The notes under the pieces were generated by a model. That model saw nothing but the letters and a program-made list of their open reading frames with translations, was not told the DNA's origin and did no database searches. Below are positions 9,669 to 19,332 of a DNA stretch of 64,000 bases, one piece after another. The position numbers were made by a program, and so were the translations under genes. Source of the DNA: Gemmatimonadaceae bacterium (lineage in GTDB: Bacteria > Gemmatimonadota > Gemmatimonadetes > Gemmatimonadales > Gemmatimonadaceae); NCBI GenBank assembly GCA_046262755.1, contig JBHEME010000001.1, forward strand, positions 42,250 to 106,249. Reading direction: 5' to 3'. Position 1 is the stretch's first letter. Each line of letters opens with the position of its first letter.

Positions 9669-10173
9669 TCTTCTCTCTCTCTTCGCGACTCTTTTGCAGT
9701 GCTTCGTAGCTCTCCACCAGTCTGCGCCGCGCGCGTGACAGCGTAGTTCCTACCGACCCGGCCGACAGCTGCAACGCCTCGGCGATTTCGCTGTAATCCA
9801 AACCCTCCTCGCGCATCAGCAGCGCCAGACGATCCCGCTCCGCCAGTCCATCTACGGCCTTCCGAGCAAGTGCCGCTTCCTGCGCACGCTCGATCGACGT
9901 CTCTTCCGGTTCCACCATCGACTCGCGTTCCTGCTCCGCCAGAAGCGCCAGATGCTTCCGACGCCTCATATCCTTTCTCGCTTCGTCCCGCACCAGATTG
10001 GTCGCGACCGCAAACAGCCACGCGCGCTCATTCTGAATCGAAGTCTGTCGCAACGCACGCACGAAAGTCTCCTGTGCAACTTCTTCCGCCCAGTCGCGAT
10101 CTCCCAGACGCCGCGTCAGATATCTCACCAACGCGGCATTGTAAGTCCGGAACAGGCGCTCTACATCGGTCAC
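9655..10173 (-). CDS. ECF-type RNA polymerase sigma-70 family factor
   Basis: The 172-aa ORF has a GTG start. Region 2 reads EEVAQETFVRAL...WLFAVATNLVRDEAR and region 4 reads GLDYSEIAEALQLSAGSVGTTLSRARRRL. Confidence 0.9.
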   Translation of the reverse strand: MTDVERLFRTYNAALVRYLTRRLGDRDWAEEVAQETFVRALRQTSIQNERAWLFAVATNLVRDEARKDMRRRKHLALLAEQERESMVEPEETSIERAQEAALARKAVDGLAERDRLALLMREEGLDYSEIAEALQLSAGSVGTTLSRARRRLVESYEALQKSREEREKNAAS

Positions 10174-10177
10174 GCGA

Positions 10178-12439
10178 TTACCAGCGCTCCTTCAGCATTG
10201 CGAGATCGCGATCGCTGAGCGCGTCGTCTCCGGATTGAGTCAGCTCGATCGCCATATTCCGGCCGGCCACAATCACACGGTCGCCGAGTGAGAATGCCTC
10301 TTTGAGATCAGGCACGATTTCCAGCAGCTTGAAGTACGCGGCCGAGAACGGCTGCACGCGAAGAACGGATCCTGATTTCTTGTAGCGCACATCGGTCCAG
10401 ACACTGTCGCGCAAGACGAAGGTGGCATTCCCGGCGCGTCGAACGCTTGCGCCGGCGGCTATGCCACTTGCCTCGTCCGCGGCGGCAACGCTCCGGACCG
10501 AACGTTGTTCCGCGGCAGCTTTTGCCGCTTCGAACTGAACTGCCGGAGCCGCCGACGGCGCCCTCCCACCTGTCGTAGTGATCGACTGGAGCTGAGTCGC
10601 GCCATCGCCGATTCTACGACGATTCATGCCCGGCTCAACAACCAGGTATGACGAAAATTCCGTGGGAATCCCAAAGCGCTCACCCAGGTCGCGAATCTCA
10701 TCGTCGATCTCCTGTGATCCTCCATGCTTCCTTTTCTCGGCGCTGAGGTAGCCCACGCGCTGGGTAGCCCACAGGCGGGCTACAAAAGCGTTCTCCCGCG
10801 AACGACTGGGAAAGTTGACACGCGCGGTCCAGGTCACCGGACCACTCGTGGTCTGTCCATCGAACCGCAGAATGGCATTTCCACTCCCGTCATAGCGCGA
10901 GAGAATGACCAGGTCCTCGCCGGCAAATATGTCTACCGGTCCGGATGGGTGCATCTTGAGCAGGCGTACGCCATCTGCGTGTACGCGCACGTCTGTAACG
11001 AGCGGACTCGTCAGACGACTCGCCACGATCCCGACGGCACGTTCCACCGATTCGTCCGGACGGACGAAGGTTGCCGTACCACGACCCTCGAGCGCGAGCT
11101 GTTCGATTAAGGAGACGTTCAGATCCGCTCCGACGCCGAAGGTAAATACGCGGCGCGAGCCTCTCCGCCTGGCCACGTTCGCTGCGATTGCACTTCCGTC
11201 CCTCTCACCAACCGTTGGCTGCCCATCGGTGAGAAACAGCACGATGGGAATGCGACCCGCTTGAACAGGTGTCGACAACGCTTCGTCCAATGCTCCGGAT
11301 ATGTTAGTGGATCCCTGTGCTTCGAGGTCGTTGAGGTAGCGTTCGGCCGCACGAAGATTCTCGTAGGTCGCGTAGCTGAAGTAGTCGCGAAACGTTCGAA
11401 CATCGCTCGAGAAATCGATGAGTCTGAATCGATCAATCGGGGACAGGGACTGCAGCACCTGTTTTCCGGCGGCGCGAGCCTGACGGATTTTCTCTCCGCT
11501 CATGGACCCTGAAACGTCAATCACGAAGGTCAGATCACGGGGCACCGCGCGCGGCTGGATGGCTGGCGGGGACAGCGTAATTAGCGCAAAGCCATCGTCG
11601 TTGCCGGGATCGTTCGTCAGAAGAGAGATCGCGGGGCTGGTCGAGCGCCTCACCGGAATAAGGAGCGTGACCTCTCCGCGCGCGTCCCTGATTTCGACAC
11701 GGCGCAACGACCCACGATAGTTGGAAGCGAACGAACGATCTCCGGACGTCTCCGCTGCGTAGGGATCCTCATCGATAGTGTGCGTCGGAGAGTAAGCCCT
11801 TCCATACATTGGGTCGTTCGGATATGTGAGAACGAAGGACACCCTGCCTTGCGCAGACTGGTTCATCTCGCGCTGAGTTGTGCTGGCACCGCGGAAATAG
11901 TCAACGCGCAGCGCGTCACCTTCGCGCTGGGCAACAGTCTGAAAGCGAACTACGACTTTTTTTTCCTCGCCGGGTGCGATTGGAAAAATTCGGGCGCGCA
12001 GGAGCCCGTATCCCATCCATTCGAGCAACGCCGGATCACGCTGGCGTCGCACAATCTCTTCGTAGATCTGGCGCGCCTGGTTGGCGTTCATCGTCTCGCC
12101 CGATACAAGCTCTCCGTTGATCGAAAGCTTGAGGTCCTGGAATGCAGCTCCCTTGGGCAGCGGAAACATGAAATCCGCCTCTCCAACTCTGTTGCCGCGG
12201 TTTACGAAAGTTTCGGTGACCTCGTAACGGAGCACGCGATCCGCGAGCTCGACTCTGACGTCGCTGTTTTGGCGAACGACGTAGGGCGATTGAAAGCCGC
12301 AGGCGGGCATGACGCACGGCCTGTTCGGGACACACGGCGGAGGCACGGGGCAGGGCCACGGGCGACGCGGATCTTCGACGATCTGCGCACCGGTGACGTT
12401 CGGAATAATGAGAGCAGCAACAAGTAGCAGTGAGCGCAT
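10178..12439 (-). CDS. Secreted VIT domain + von Willebrand factor type A domain protein
   Basis: The 753-aa ORF has a signal peptide (MRSLLLVAALIIPNVTGAQ), a VIT-like N-terminal region and a vWA MIDAS motif (DVSGSMSGEKI). Its stop lies 4 nt before the sigma gene start. Confidence 0.85.
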   Translation of the reverse strand: MRSLLLVAALIIPNVTGAQIVEDPRRPWPCPVPPPCVPNRPCVMPACGFQSPYVVRQNSDVRVELADRVLRYEVTETFVNRGNRVGEADFMFPLPKGAAFQDLKLSINGELVSGETMNANQARQIYEEIVRRQRDPALLEWMGYGLLRARIFPIAPGEEKKVVVRFQTVAQREGDALRVDYFRGASTTQREMNQSAQGRVSFVLTYPNDPMYGRAYSPTHTIDEDPYAAETSGDRSFASNYRGSLRRVEIRDARGEVTLLIPVRRSTSPAISLLTNDPGNDDGFALITLSPPAIQPRAVPRDLTFVIDVSGSMSGEKIRQARAAGKQVLQSLSPIDRFRLIDFSSDVRTFRDYFSYATYENLRAAERYLNDLEAQGSTNISGALDEALSTPVQAGRIPIVLFLTDGQPTVGERDGSAIAANVARRRGSRRVFTFGVGADLNVSLIEQLALEGRGTATFVRPDESVERAVGIVASRLTSPLVTDVRVHADGVRLLKMHPSGPVDIFAGEDLVILSRYDGSGNAILRFDGQTTSGPVTWTARVNFPSRSRENAFVARLWATQRVGYLSAEKRKHGGSQEIDDEIRDLGERFGIPTEFSSYLVVEPGMNRRRIGDGATQLQSITTTGGRAPSAAPAVQFEAAKAAAEQRSVRSVAAADEASGIAAGASVRRAGNATFVLRDSVWTDVRYKKSGSVLRVQPFSAAYFKLLEIVPDLKEAFSLGDRVIVAGRNMAIELTQSGDDALSDRDLAMLKERW

Positions 12440-12447
12440 GGGGCACC

Positions 12448-12464
12448 AGTAGAAAGGTTCTACT
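12448..12464 (-). promoter_or_regulatory. Inverted repeat AGTAGAA-AGG-TTCTACT in the 5' leader of the VIT-vWA gene
   Basis: The arms are 7 bp with a 3-nt spacer, and the element lies 9-25 nt upstream of the ATG at 12439. It therefore overlaps the expected SD region. Its function is unknown. Confidence 0.25.
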
Positions 12465-12510
12465 GTGGGACGTGCCTTCTGCCTGCACTTGCACAGGTTT
12501 GGTGAGCTTC

Positions 12511-12534
12511 GGGGTCTTGCCGGGCACAGACCCC
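12511..12534 (-). terminator. GC-rich hairpin downstream of the GGDEF gene
   Basis: GGGGTCT-(10 nt)-AGACCCC lies 13 nt past the stop at 12547 on the minus strand. It has no clear U-tract, so it is only a candidate terminator. Confidence 0.3.
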
Positions 12535-12546
12535 TCGATTGACGGG

Positions 12547-13458
12547 CTAACTCTGCTTCGTTTTCTTCCGCCTGCGCTTCAGCATGTCGCGCCGTTCGTC
12601 GACCCGGACCTCGAGCAGCCGATGGTCGGCCCGGATCATCGTATCCTCGAACGTCTCACCTTTACGCCTTGCTGCCCATCCCATCGAGAACGGGACCGGT
12701 GCCGAAGTTGGCGCAGCCGTACGCAGCCGCGCGACGACGTGCTCCGTCTGGTCTTCGCCCGAATCGCACAACACCACCAGGAACTCGTCCCCGCCCACAC
12801 GAACTACTGCTTCCTCGGCGCGCACGTGGCGCATGAGAAAGCGCGCCATTTTGACGAGCACGCTGTCGCCTTCCGCATGACCGTTGGTGTCGTTGTACTG
12901 CTTGAAGTGGTCGATATCCAGATAAATGCAGCCCCAATCACCCTTGGGCTGCGCTTCACACTGGCGCGCGACGGTATTTAAATATCGCCTGTTATAACAC
13001 CCCGTCAGCGGGTCACGGATGCTCAGCTCCAGCAGTTGGGTCTGCAGCTCCTTGCGGTGGGATATGTCGACAAGAATTCCATGACAAAACTTCTCGCCGG
13101 TGTTTGGATCAATGGACAGGTACGCGCTGTCAACCACAGTTCTGACTTCGCCGTCTTTCCTTGTCAGCTGCAGCTCCACGTCGCGCACCACGCCCTCGAT
13201 CTCCAGCTGCGCCATCTCACGTTCGCGAATCTCCGGCTTTACGAAATCGCTGGCCCGATATCCCCTCAGCTCGTCGAGCGAACGGACGCCAAGCATCTCG
13301 AGGAACGCCGGATTCGCATCGATGATCTCTCCTTCGAGGTTCGTGATGTAAATTCCCTCTTTGAGGCGCGATGCGAACTCGCTGAGCGTCGATGGATCGC
13401 TCAGGCTGCGGAATCGTCTCGTTTTTGGCTTTTTAACGCGCTGCGGGCGACTCACCAC
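12547..13458 (-). CDS. PAS domain-containing diguanylate cyclase (GGDEF)
   Basis: The protein has a PAS region (IYITNLEGEIIDANPAFLEMLG) and a GGDEF active site (RVGGDEFLVV). I place the start at GTG 13458, which has GAGG 4 nt upstream. The listed 385-aa version adds a Cys/Pro-rich, implausible N-terminus that overlaps a better plus-strand ORF. Confidence 0.8.
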   Translation of the reverse strand: MVSRPQRVKKPKTRRFRSLSDPSTLSEFASRLKEGIYITNLEGEIIDANPAFLEMLGVRSLDELRGYRASDFVKPEIREREMAQLEIEGVVRDVELQLTRKDGEVRTVVDSAYLSIDPNTGEKFCHGILVDISHRKELQTQLLELSIRDPLTGCYNRRYLNTVARQCEAQPKGDWGCIYLDIDHFKQYNDTNGHAEGDSVLVKMARFLMRHVRAEEAVVRVGGDEFLVVLCDSGEDQTEHVVARLRTAAPTSAPVPFSMGWAARRKGETFEDTMIRADHRLLEVRVDERRDMLKRRRKKTKQS

Positions 13459-13519
13459 AGCGCCTCGGGGATACGGCACATCCGTTGCTTCTGATGGCAG
13501 GATAAAGAGTGGAGAAAGT

Positions 13520-13714
13520 ATGGCATCCAGACGGGAACAGAAACAGAGCAGGACTCCTGCCAAACAAGGTGACGGCGATCCTGGTACGCGTTCGGGACAA
13601 CCCAACCCCGAAGACGTCCCTTCACGGTCCACGGAGCACAAAAGCGGGTACGGCGGAGAGCAAGGATCGCCGCGCACCAGCACTGACAAGCGCGAGACGC
13701 CCAAGCGAAGCTAG
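13520..13714 (+). CDS. Small (64 aa) highly charged hydrophilic protein, hypothetical
   Basis: The ATG is preceded by GGAGAAAG (SD) at optimal distance. The protein begins MASRREQKQSRTPAKQGDGDPGTRSGQPNPEDVPSRSTEHKSGYGGEQGSPRTSTDKRETPKRS and ends 12 nt before the next gene. Confidence 0.45.
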   Translation: MASRREQKQSRTPAKQGDGDPGTRSGQPNPEDVPSRSTEHKSGYGGEQGSPRTSTDKRETPKRS

Positions 13715-13726
13715 CCGCTCGAAAGA

Positions 13727-14695
13727 ATGAGCTTCCGCACTGCCGGTATCCATCACGTCACCGGCATAGCCAGCGATCCGCAACGGAATCTCGACTTCTA
13801 TGCCGGTGTCCTCGGTCTTCGCCTCGTCAAGCGAACTGTCAACTTCGACGATCCCACTACGTATCATTTTTACTTCGGTGACGACCACGGTAGCCCTGGC
13901 ACCATCCTGACCTTCTTCCCCTGGCCCGATGCACGTCGCGGACGTCAGGGAGGCGGCCAGGTGGCCGTCACATCCTTCGCAATACTCCCCAGCTCTGTAG
14001 GGTTCTGGATCGAGCGATTCATCAAGAAGCGGGTCGACTTCGAGCAGCCGACCGCTCGCTATGACGAAGAGCGCGTGATTGCCTTCAAGGACCATGAGGG
14101 ATTCATGGGTGAGCTTGTCGCGCACCCAGCCGCGGACCCGGATCTCGGTTGGTCGGGGGGTGGTATCCCCGCCGACCACGCCATTCGCGGTCTGTATTCA
14201 GTCACACTATGGCTCGACGCGAATGAGCTCACCGGACAGCTGCTTACACGAACGCTTGGGTTCGACCTTGTGCGAGAACAGGGGAGCATTTTTCGCTACG
14301 CTACCGACGACCGTCGGCCCGGCTGCATCGTCGACCTGCGTTGCGTCCCTGGAATCTGGCCGGGGATGATGGGCGCCGGTACCGTGCACCACGTCGCGTT
14401 CCGCGCTAGCAGCGAAAGCGAGCAGATGGCGATTCGCACCGAGCTCACCTCGCTTGGCTACAACGTCACGCCGCAGCTCGATCGCGATTACTTCAAGTCC
14501 ATCTACTTCAGAGAGCCGGGCGGCGTGCTCTTTGAGATTGCCACGGACAGTCCGGGTTTCGCCGTCGACGAGCCCATCGACGCCCTTGGTCAGTCGCTCA
14601 AGCTACCCGAGTGGCTTGAGCCGAGACGATTCGAAATCGAAGCGCTGCTTCCCAACGTCCACGCGCCACTCGAACTGCGCGGTCCGAACGCGTGA
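13727..14695 (+). CDS. Ring-cleaving dioxygenase of the glyoxalase/VOC superfamily (MhqA/MhqO-like)
   Basis: The 322-aa ORF contains GIHHVTGIASDPQRNLDFYAGVLGLRLVKRTVNFDDPTTYHFYFGD, and a second VOC repeat contains HHVAFR. Confidence 0.85.
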   Translation: MSFRTAGIHHVTGIASDPQRNLDFYAGVLGLRLVKRTVNFDDPTTYHFYFGDDHGSPGTILTFFPWPDARRGRQGGGQVAVTSFAILPSSVGFWIERFIKKRVDFEQPTARYDEERVIAFKDHEGFMGELVAHPAADPDLGWSGGGIPADHAIRGLYSVTLWLDANELTGQLLTRTLGFDLVREQGSIFRYATDDRRPGCIVDLRCVPGIWPGMMGAGTVHHVAFRASSESEQMAIRTELTSLGYNVTPQLDRDYFKSIYFREPGGVLFEIATDSPGFAVDEPIDALGQSLKLPEWLEPRRFEIEALLPNVHAPLELRGPNA

Positions 14696-15405
14696 CCGGT
14701 GATCTCGGCTTTTTGCATCGTTTCGTACCCGCAACGGACACGACGTCGAGAGAAACGTTGCTGGTTCTCCATGGTACTGGCGGTAACGAGAACGACCTTA
14801 TCGGAATTGGACAGGCAGTTTCACCGGGCGCGGCGATACTGAGCCCGCGCGGAAACGTGCTGGAGAATGGCGCTCCACGCTTCTTCAAACGTGTGGCCGA
14901 AGGAGTATTCGACCCGAAGGAGGTCCACTCGCGCGCTCAGGAGCTGGCGAGGTTCATCCGTGCCGCTACGGTTCAGTACTCGCTTGATGCGAATCGAATT
15001 TTCGCTCTCGGTTATTCCAATGGGGCGAACATCGCTTCATCAGTGATGTTGATCGAGCCTGCACTGCTCCAGGGCGCTATCCTATTCCGACCCATGCTGG
15101 TCTACGAGCCCGAACAGCGCGGAGATTTGAGCGGCAGGGGCTTGCTGATCTCCGCCGGTCGAATGGATCCGATCGTGTCCGCGACGAGCATCGAGAAACT
15201 GCAGGCTTTGCTCGAGTCGGTGCACGCGAGCGTGACAATCAACTGGCAGCTCGCCGGACACAACCTAGTGCCTAGTGAAGTACGTGAGGCCGCCGAGTGG
15301 CTCGCACTGCAACGTGAACGCGCAAATCAGCTAGCTTCCAGCCGGAACCCCGCAGACTTTCAAGCGCGTCCAACGCCAACTCCAAACAGTCGCACCCAAG
15401 CTTGA
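14692..15405 (+). CDS. Phospholipase/carboxylesterase family alpha/beta hydrolase (MhqD-like)
   Basis: The 237-aa ORF contains [14 protein letters not shown] and a GYSNGAN nucleophile elbow. It shares a 4-nt ATGA-type overlap with the upstream dioxygenase gene. Confidence 0.8.
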   Translation: MTGDLGFLHRFVPATDTTSRETLLVLHGTGGNENDLIGIGQAVSPGAAILSPRGNVLENGAPRFFKRVAEGVFDPKEVHSRAQELARFIRAATVQYSLDANRIFALGYSNGANIASSVMLIEPALLQGAILFRPMLVYEPEQRGDLSGRGLLISAGRMDPIVSATSIEKLQALLESVHASVTINWQLAGHNLVPSEVREAAEWLALQRERANQLASSRNPADFQARPTPTPNSRTQA

Positions 15406-17483
15406 TAATGGCCGAATCAACTTCCACCGATACCGCGGCAGCTCCCCGGTCAGCCGAAGCACCACCACCAGATGCACCTTCGGGGCAATCGCTCGAAACC
15501 CTTTGCATCAATGCCATTCGTGTGCTCGCGATGGACGCAGTACAAAAGGCTGATTCGGGACACCCCGGTACGCCGATGGCGCTTGCCCCGCTTGCGTATG
15601 TTCTCTGGACCCAGCACCTGCGCTACAACCCGGCCGATCCCGGTTGGCTCAATCGCGACCGCTTCGTTCTTTCGGCCGGCCACGCCTCCATGCTTCTCTA
15701 CAGCGTCCTCTATCTTACCGGCTATGATCTAACGCTCGAGGATCTGAAGCAATTCCGTCAGTGGGAAAGTAGAACCCCCGGTCATCCTGAATACGGCTAC
15801 ACACCGGGCGTGGAAACGACGACCGGGCCACTCGGACAGGGAATCGGAAACGCGGTCGGAATGGCGGTCGCGGAAGCGCACATGGGCGCTGTCTTCAACC
15901 GCGAACAGAGAATCTTCGACCACCACGTGTACTTCATCGCCAGCGATGGCGATATGATGGAAGGCGTCTCGCACGAGTCAGCCTCCTTCGCTGGACATCT
16001 GAAGCTGGGCAAGATTATCGGCTTCTACGACGACAACCACATCACCATTGAAGGCGACACCGCGCTGACCTTCAGTGACGACACTGCGGGACGGTTCACT
16101 GCATACGGCTGGCACGTTCAGCACGTGGCTGACGTCAACGACCTTGCAGCGCTCAACAAGGCAATCGATGCGGCAAAAAAAGAAATTTCGCGGCCATCCC
16201 TCATCGTAGTCCGTTCCCACATCGGTTACGGCAGCCCCAACAAACACGATACCGCCGAAGCACACGGTTCGGCACTTGGACCGGAAGAAATAATCCTCAC
16301 CAAAAAGGCCCTCGGTTACCCGTCTCAGGAGGCGTTCTACGTAGCTCCGGAAGCCCTACGCTACTGGCGCGACGCCGCCAAGCGAAGGGCGCGCTTCCAG
16401 GACGACTGGAACAAGACTTACCAGTCCTACAAGACAGCGCATGCGGACCTCGAGCGGGATCTGCAGCGCCGGTTGCGGGGAGATCTCCCCGATGGTTGGG
16501 AAGAGACGATTCCGGTTTTCACCGCCAAGGATGGCAACGTTGCAAGCCGTGCTGCTTCGGGCGTTGTCATCAATGCTATCGCCAGGAAGATCCCCGAGTT
16601 GATCGGAGGCTCGGCGGATCTCGCCAGCTCCACCAACACCATCATCAAGGGTGAGCCGAGTTTCGCTGCCGAGAGCTATGCCGGACGGAATTTCCATTTC
16701 GGCATCCGCGAGCACGGGATGGGATCGGTGATGAACGGCATGGCGCTCCACAGCGGAATAATTCCCTACGGCGCGACGTTTCTCATCTTCTCCGACTACA
16801 TGCGGCCAACGATTCGGCTTGCGTGCTTCATGAAACGTCATGTCATCTACATCTACACGCACGATTCGATCGGACTGGGAGAAGATGGGCCGACGCACCA
16901 GCCGGTCGAGCAGTTGAGTACTCTCAGGGCAATTCCCGAGATGACTGTCATCCGACCGGCCGATGCTTCCGAGACAGCGGAGGCGTGGCGCGCGGCGCTA
17001 AAACACAAAGAAGGTCCCGTTGCGCTCGTCCTCACACGCCAAAAGCTGTCATTCATAGACAGGTCCAAATACGCATCAGCAGCCGGTGTCGCGCGTGGCG
17101 CGTACGTACTCGCAGATGCTCCGGGAGGAGCTCCGGAAGTGGTTCTCATGTCGAGCGGCTCAGAAGTAGCGTTGATACTCGAGGCGCAAAAGAAGCTCGA
17201 GTCACAGGGAATTCGTGCGCGCGCCGTAAGCATGCCGAGCCACGAACTCTTCGCCCGACAGGACGAAACTTACCGAAACACCGTGCTGCCCAAGGGCATC
17301 AGACGGATCGCCATGGAAGCAGCCCATCCGATGTCGTGGTATCACTGGGTGGGCGATGATGGCGTGGTGCTGGGCATCGAGAGGTTCGGTGCATCTGCGC
17401 CGGCTGCGCGGATATTCACCGAGCTCGGTTTCACGGTTGATCACATCGTCGACACGGCGAAGTCGCTGCTGGGGAAGAAATAA
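15402..17483 (+). CDS. tkt: Transketolase
   Basis: The 693-aa ORF contains [12 protein letters not shown] and the ThDP motif region [13 protein letters not shown], and aligns along its full length in the usual arrangement. The listed start is TTG 15402. ATG 15408 (MAESTST...) is at least as likely. Confidence 0.95.
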   Translation: MIMAESTSTDTAAAPRSAEAPPPDAPSGQSLETLCINAIRVLAMDAVQKADSGHPGTPMALAPLAYVLWTQHLRYNPADPGWLNRDRFVLSAGHASMLLYSVLYLTGYDLTLEDLKQFRQWESRTPGHPEYGYTPGVETTTGPLGQGIGNAVGMAVAEAHMGAVFNREQRIFDHHVYFIASDGDMMEGVSHESASFAGHLKLGKIIGFYDDNHITIEGDTALTFSDDTAGRFTAYGWHVQHVADVNDLAALNKAIDAAKKEISRPSLIVVRSHIGYGSPNKHDTAEAHGSALGPEEIILTKKALGYPSQEAFYVAPEALRYWRDAAKRRARFQDDWNKTYQSYKTAHADLERDLQRRLRGDLPDGWEETIPVFTAKDGNVASRAASGVVINAIARKIPELIGGSADLASSTNTIIKGEPSFAAESYAGRNFHFGIREHGMGSVMNGMALHSGIIPYGATFLIFSDYMRPTIRLACFMKRHVIYIYTHDSIGLGEDGPTHQPVEQLSTLRAIPEMTVIRPADASETAEAWRAALKHKEGPVALVLTRQKLSFIDRSKYASAAGVARGAYVLADAPGGAPEVVLMSSGSEVALILEAQKKLESQGIRARAVSMPSHELFARQDETYRNTVLPKGIRRIAMEAAHPMSWYHWVGDDGVVLGIERFGASAPAARIFTELGFTVDHIVDTAKSLLGKK

Positions 17484-17519
17484 CTTTACAGCGACGCACT
17501 TTTTTGCGAGACTGACCGC

Positions 17520-18167
17520 GTGAACGGCAGCGAGCCTACGCTCAAGGACATCAGCGTCACACTCAATCCCGACACTCCTGAGTGGCCAGGAGACACGCCG
17601 TTCACTTGCGGCTGGGCGTCGTTGATGGCTTCGGGTGCAAGCGTGAACGTGTCGTCTTTCACCGCCAGCCCCCACGTCGGAACCCACGCCGACGCTCCTC
17701 TTCACGTACGCGAAGGGTGGTCGGGTTCGCACGAGCTCGCTCTGGAAGCGTTCTTCGGACCGGCGATCGTGGTTGATGTCTCCAGCCTCACCAAACAAAT
17801 CGAGATGGAAGACCTCGAGAAGATTCAATCGCTCCCCTTCGTCGAGCGTCTGCTGCTTCGCACCGGCCGGACCATCGCGAGTGGTGCGTTCCCCGAGGAC
17901 TGGCCCACACTCTCAGAGGCCTGTGTCCGTGCGCTCCTCGGTCGCGGGCTCCGGCTGCTGGGAGTAGATGCACCTTCGGTCGATCCCCGCGATAGCAAGA
18001 ATCTTCCCGTCCATAACATGCTTTTCGCCGGCAATGCGGCGATTCTCGAAAACCTCGACTTGAGACGGGTCTCCCCAACCATGTACGAGCTCATGGCTTT
18101 TCCCCTCAAGCTCATGGCACTCGATGCAGCGCCTGTGCGCGCGGTACTCCGGCAAATTGTAGCCTGA
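17520..18167 (+). CDS. kynB: Cyclase family protein / kynurenine formamidase-like (KynB type)
   Basis: The 215-aa ORF has a GTG start and the HxGTHxDxPxH motif (HVGTHADAPLH). Confidence 0.75.
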   Translation: MNGSEPTLKDISVTLNPDTPEWPGDTPFTCGWASLMASGASVNVSSFTASPHVGTHADAPLHVREGWSGSHELALEAFFGPAIVVDVSSLTKQIEMEDLEKIQSLPFVERLLLRTGRTIASGAFPEDWPTLSEACVRALLGRGLRLLGVDAPSVDPRDSKNLPVHNMLFAGNAAILENLDLRRVSPTMYELMAFPLKLMALDAAPVRAVLRQIVA

Positions 18168-18242
18168 TTGGGCTACGCATCGATGACGCACGCCGTCAAA
18201 CGACCAGCAGGATTACGAGGCGATATTCGACCTTGAAGTCGA

Positions 18243-19328
18243 ATGTTTCGCCGCAGTCAGTTCGCGCCAATGCTTAGACGGACTCTCGTGCTGTCGGTGG
18301 TCATGGTTTCGCTCGCGCTTGTGTTCGACAGACAGCAAGAGAAATCAAAGAGAGCGAAAAAGCGTTCGCCGGCTTCGCAGATACAACGAACAAGAAAGCG
18401 GCCAGCCCCTGTCAGCACGTTCGTCAACGAAGCCGCAGAAATCGGTCTGGTTGTGCGCGTACTTGACGTCGGACAGGGCGACGCAATCTACATTCGCAAC
18501 GCCTCGAGTCGCGTGCTCATCGATGGGGGTCCGGACACCGCCAGACTCGGACGGTACCTCGACTCGCTGAATCTCAATAATTCGACGATTGATGTCGTTA
18601 TCCTCTCCCACCAGCATATCGACCACTACGGCGGTCTCCGTGAGCTCTTTCGAACTTCCCGTCACATTCGAATCCGCTACTTCTTCGAGAACAAGGATCC
18701 GGCGGCAGCGAGCACTCTCGCAGAGCTTCGTGATTCGATCCTTTCGCGCATGGATCGTGACAGCCTGATTTATCGTGACAGCGACGACCCCTGCGCTGAC
18801 GGTCGGTCAATTTGCACGATCACTATGGCGGGCGGAGCAAAGCTACACATTCTCGCGCCGTTTCCCGGGGGCGATGGACCAAACAATCGCTCGACACCGG
18901 TGAAGCTTATCGGTCCTGACTCTGCGTCATTTACAATGTGGCTCGCAGGAGATGCCGAGCACGAAGAGATAGCCTGGTTCGAAACAGCAGGCTACGCCAG
19001 CAGTCCCGGAATGCGGGTCAATGTATTGAAAGCCGACCATCATGGTAGTTGTAACGGAGTCACGTTCCGCTACCTCGCGCTCGTCCGGCCTGATTGGGTC
19101 GTCGTGTCCGTGGGGACGCGCAACGATTATGGCCACATGCATTCACAGGCAAAAGAGATGTATCAGCGCGCTGGCACCCCATGGTATCGAACCGATCAGA
19201 ACGGGACCGTCACCATTCGCTCCCCGGGCAAGTCGGGTCAAGGTTACAGCATTACCCCCGACCAAAACCGCGCCAACGCCGACGGACCGACCGACAAGAG
19301 GTCTCGGCAACTTGATTGCCGGGATTAA
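18243..19328 (+). CDS. Membrane-anchored MBL-fold metallohydrolase (ComEC C-terminal domain-like)
   Basis: The 361-aa ORF has an N-terminal TM segment (LRRTLVLSVVMVSLALVF) and a basic linker. It also contains VLDVGQGDAIYI and the HxHxDH motif (LSHQHIDHYGG). Confidence 0.8.
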   Translation: MFRRSQFAPMLRRTLVLSVVMVSLALVFDRQQEKSKRAKKRSPASQIQRTRKRPAPVSTFVNEAAEIGLVVRVLDVGQGDAIYIRNASSRVLIDGGPDTARLGRYLDSLNLNNSTIDVVILSHQHIDHYGGLRELFRTSRHIRIRYFFENKDPAAASTLAELRDSILSRMDRDSLIYRDSDDPCADGRSICTITMAGGAKLHILAPFPGGDGPNNRSTPVKLIGPDSASFTMWLAGDAEHEEIAWFETAGYASSPGMRVNVLKADHHGSCNGVTFRYLALVRPDWVVVSVGTRNDYGHMHSQAKEMYQRAGTPWYRTDQNGTVTIRSPGKSGQGYSITPDQNRANADGPTDKRSRQLDCRD

Positions 19329-19332
19329 ATCC

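Noticed and set aside
13459-13704. The long N-terminal extension of the PAS-GGDEF ORF (the listed start is 13704).
   Set aside because: The extension is Cys/Pro-rich and domain-less. It overlaps a plus-strand ORF with a much better SD, and a GTG with a GAGG SD at 13458 gives a normal PAS-GGDEF protein.
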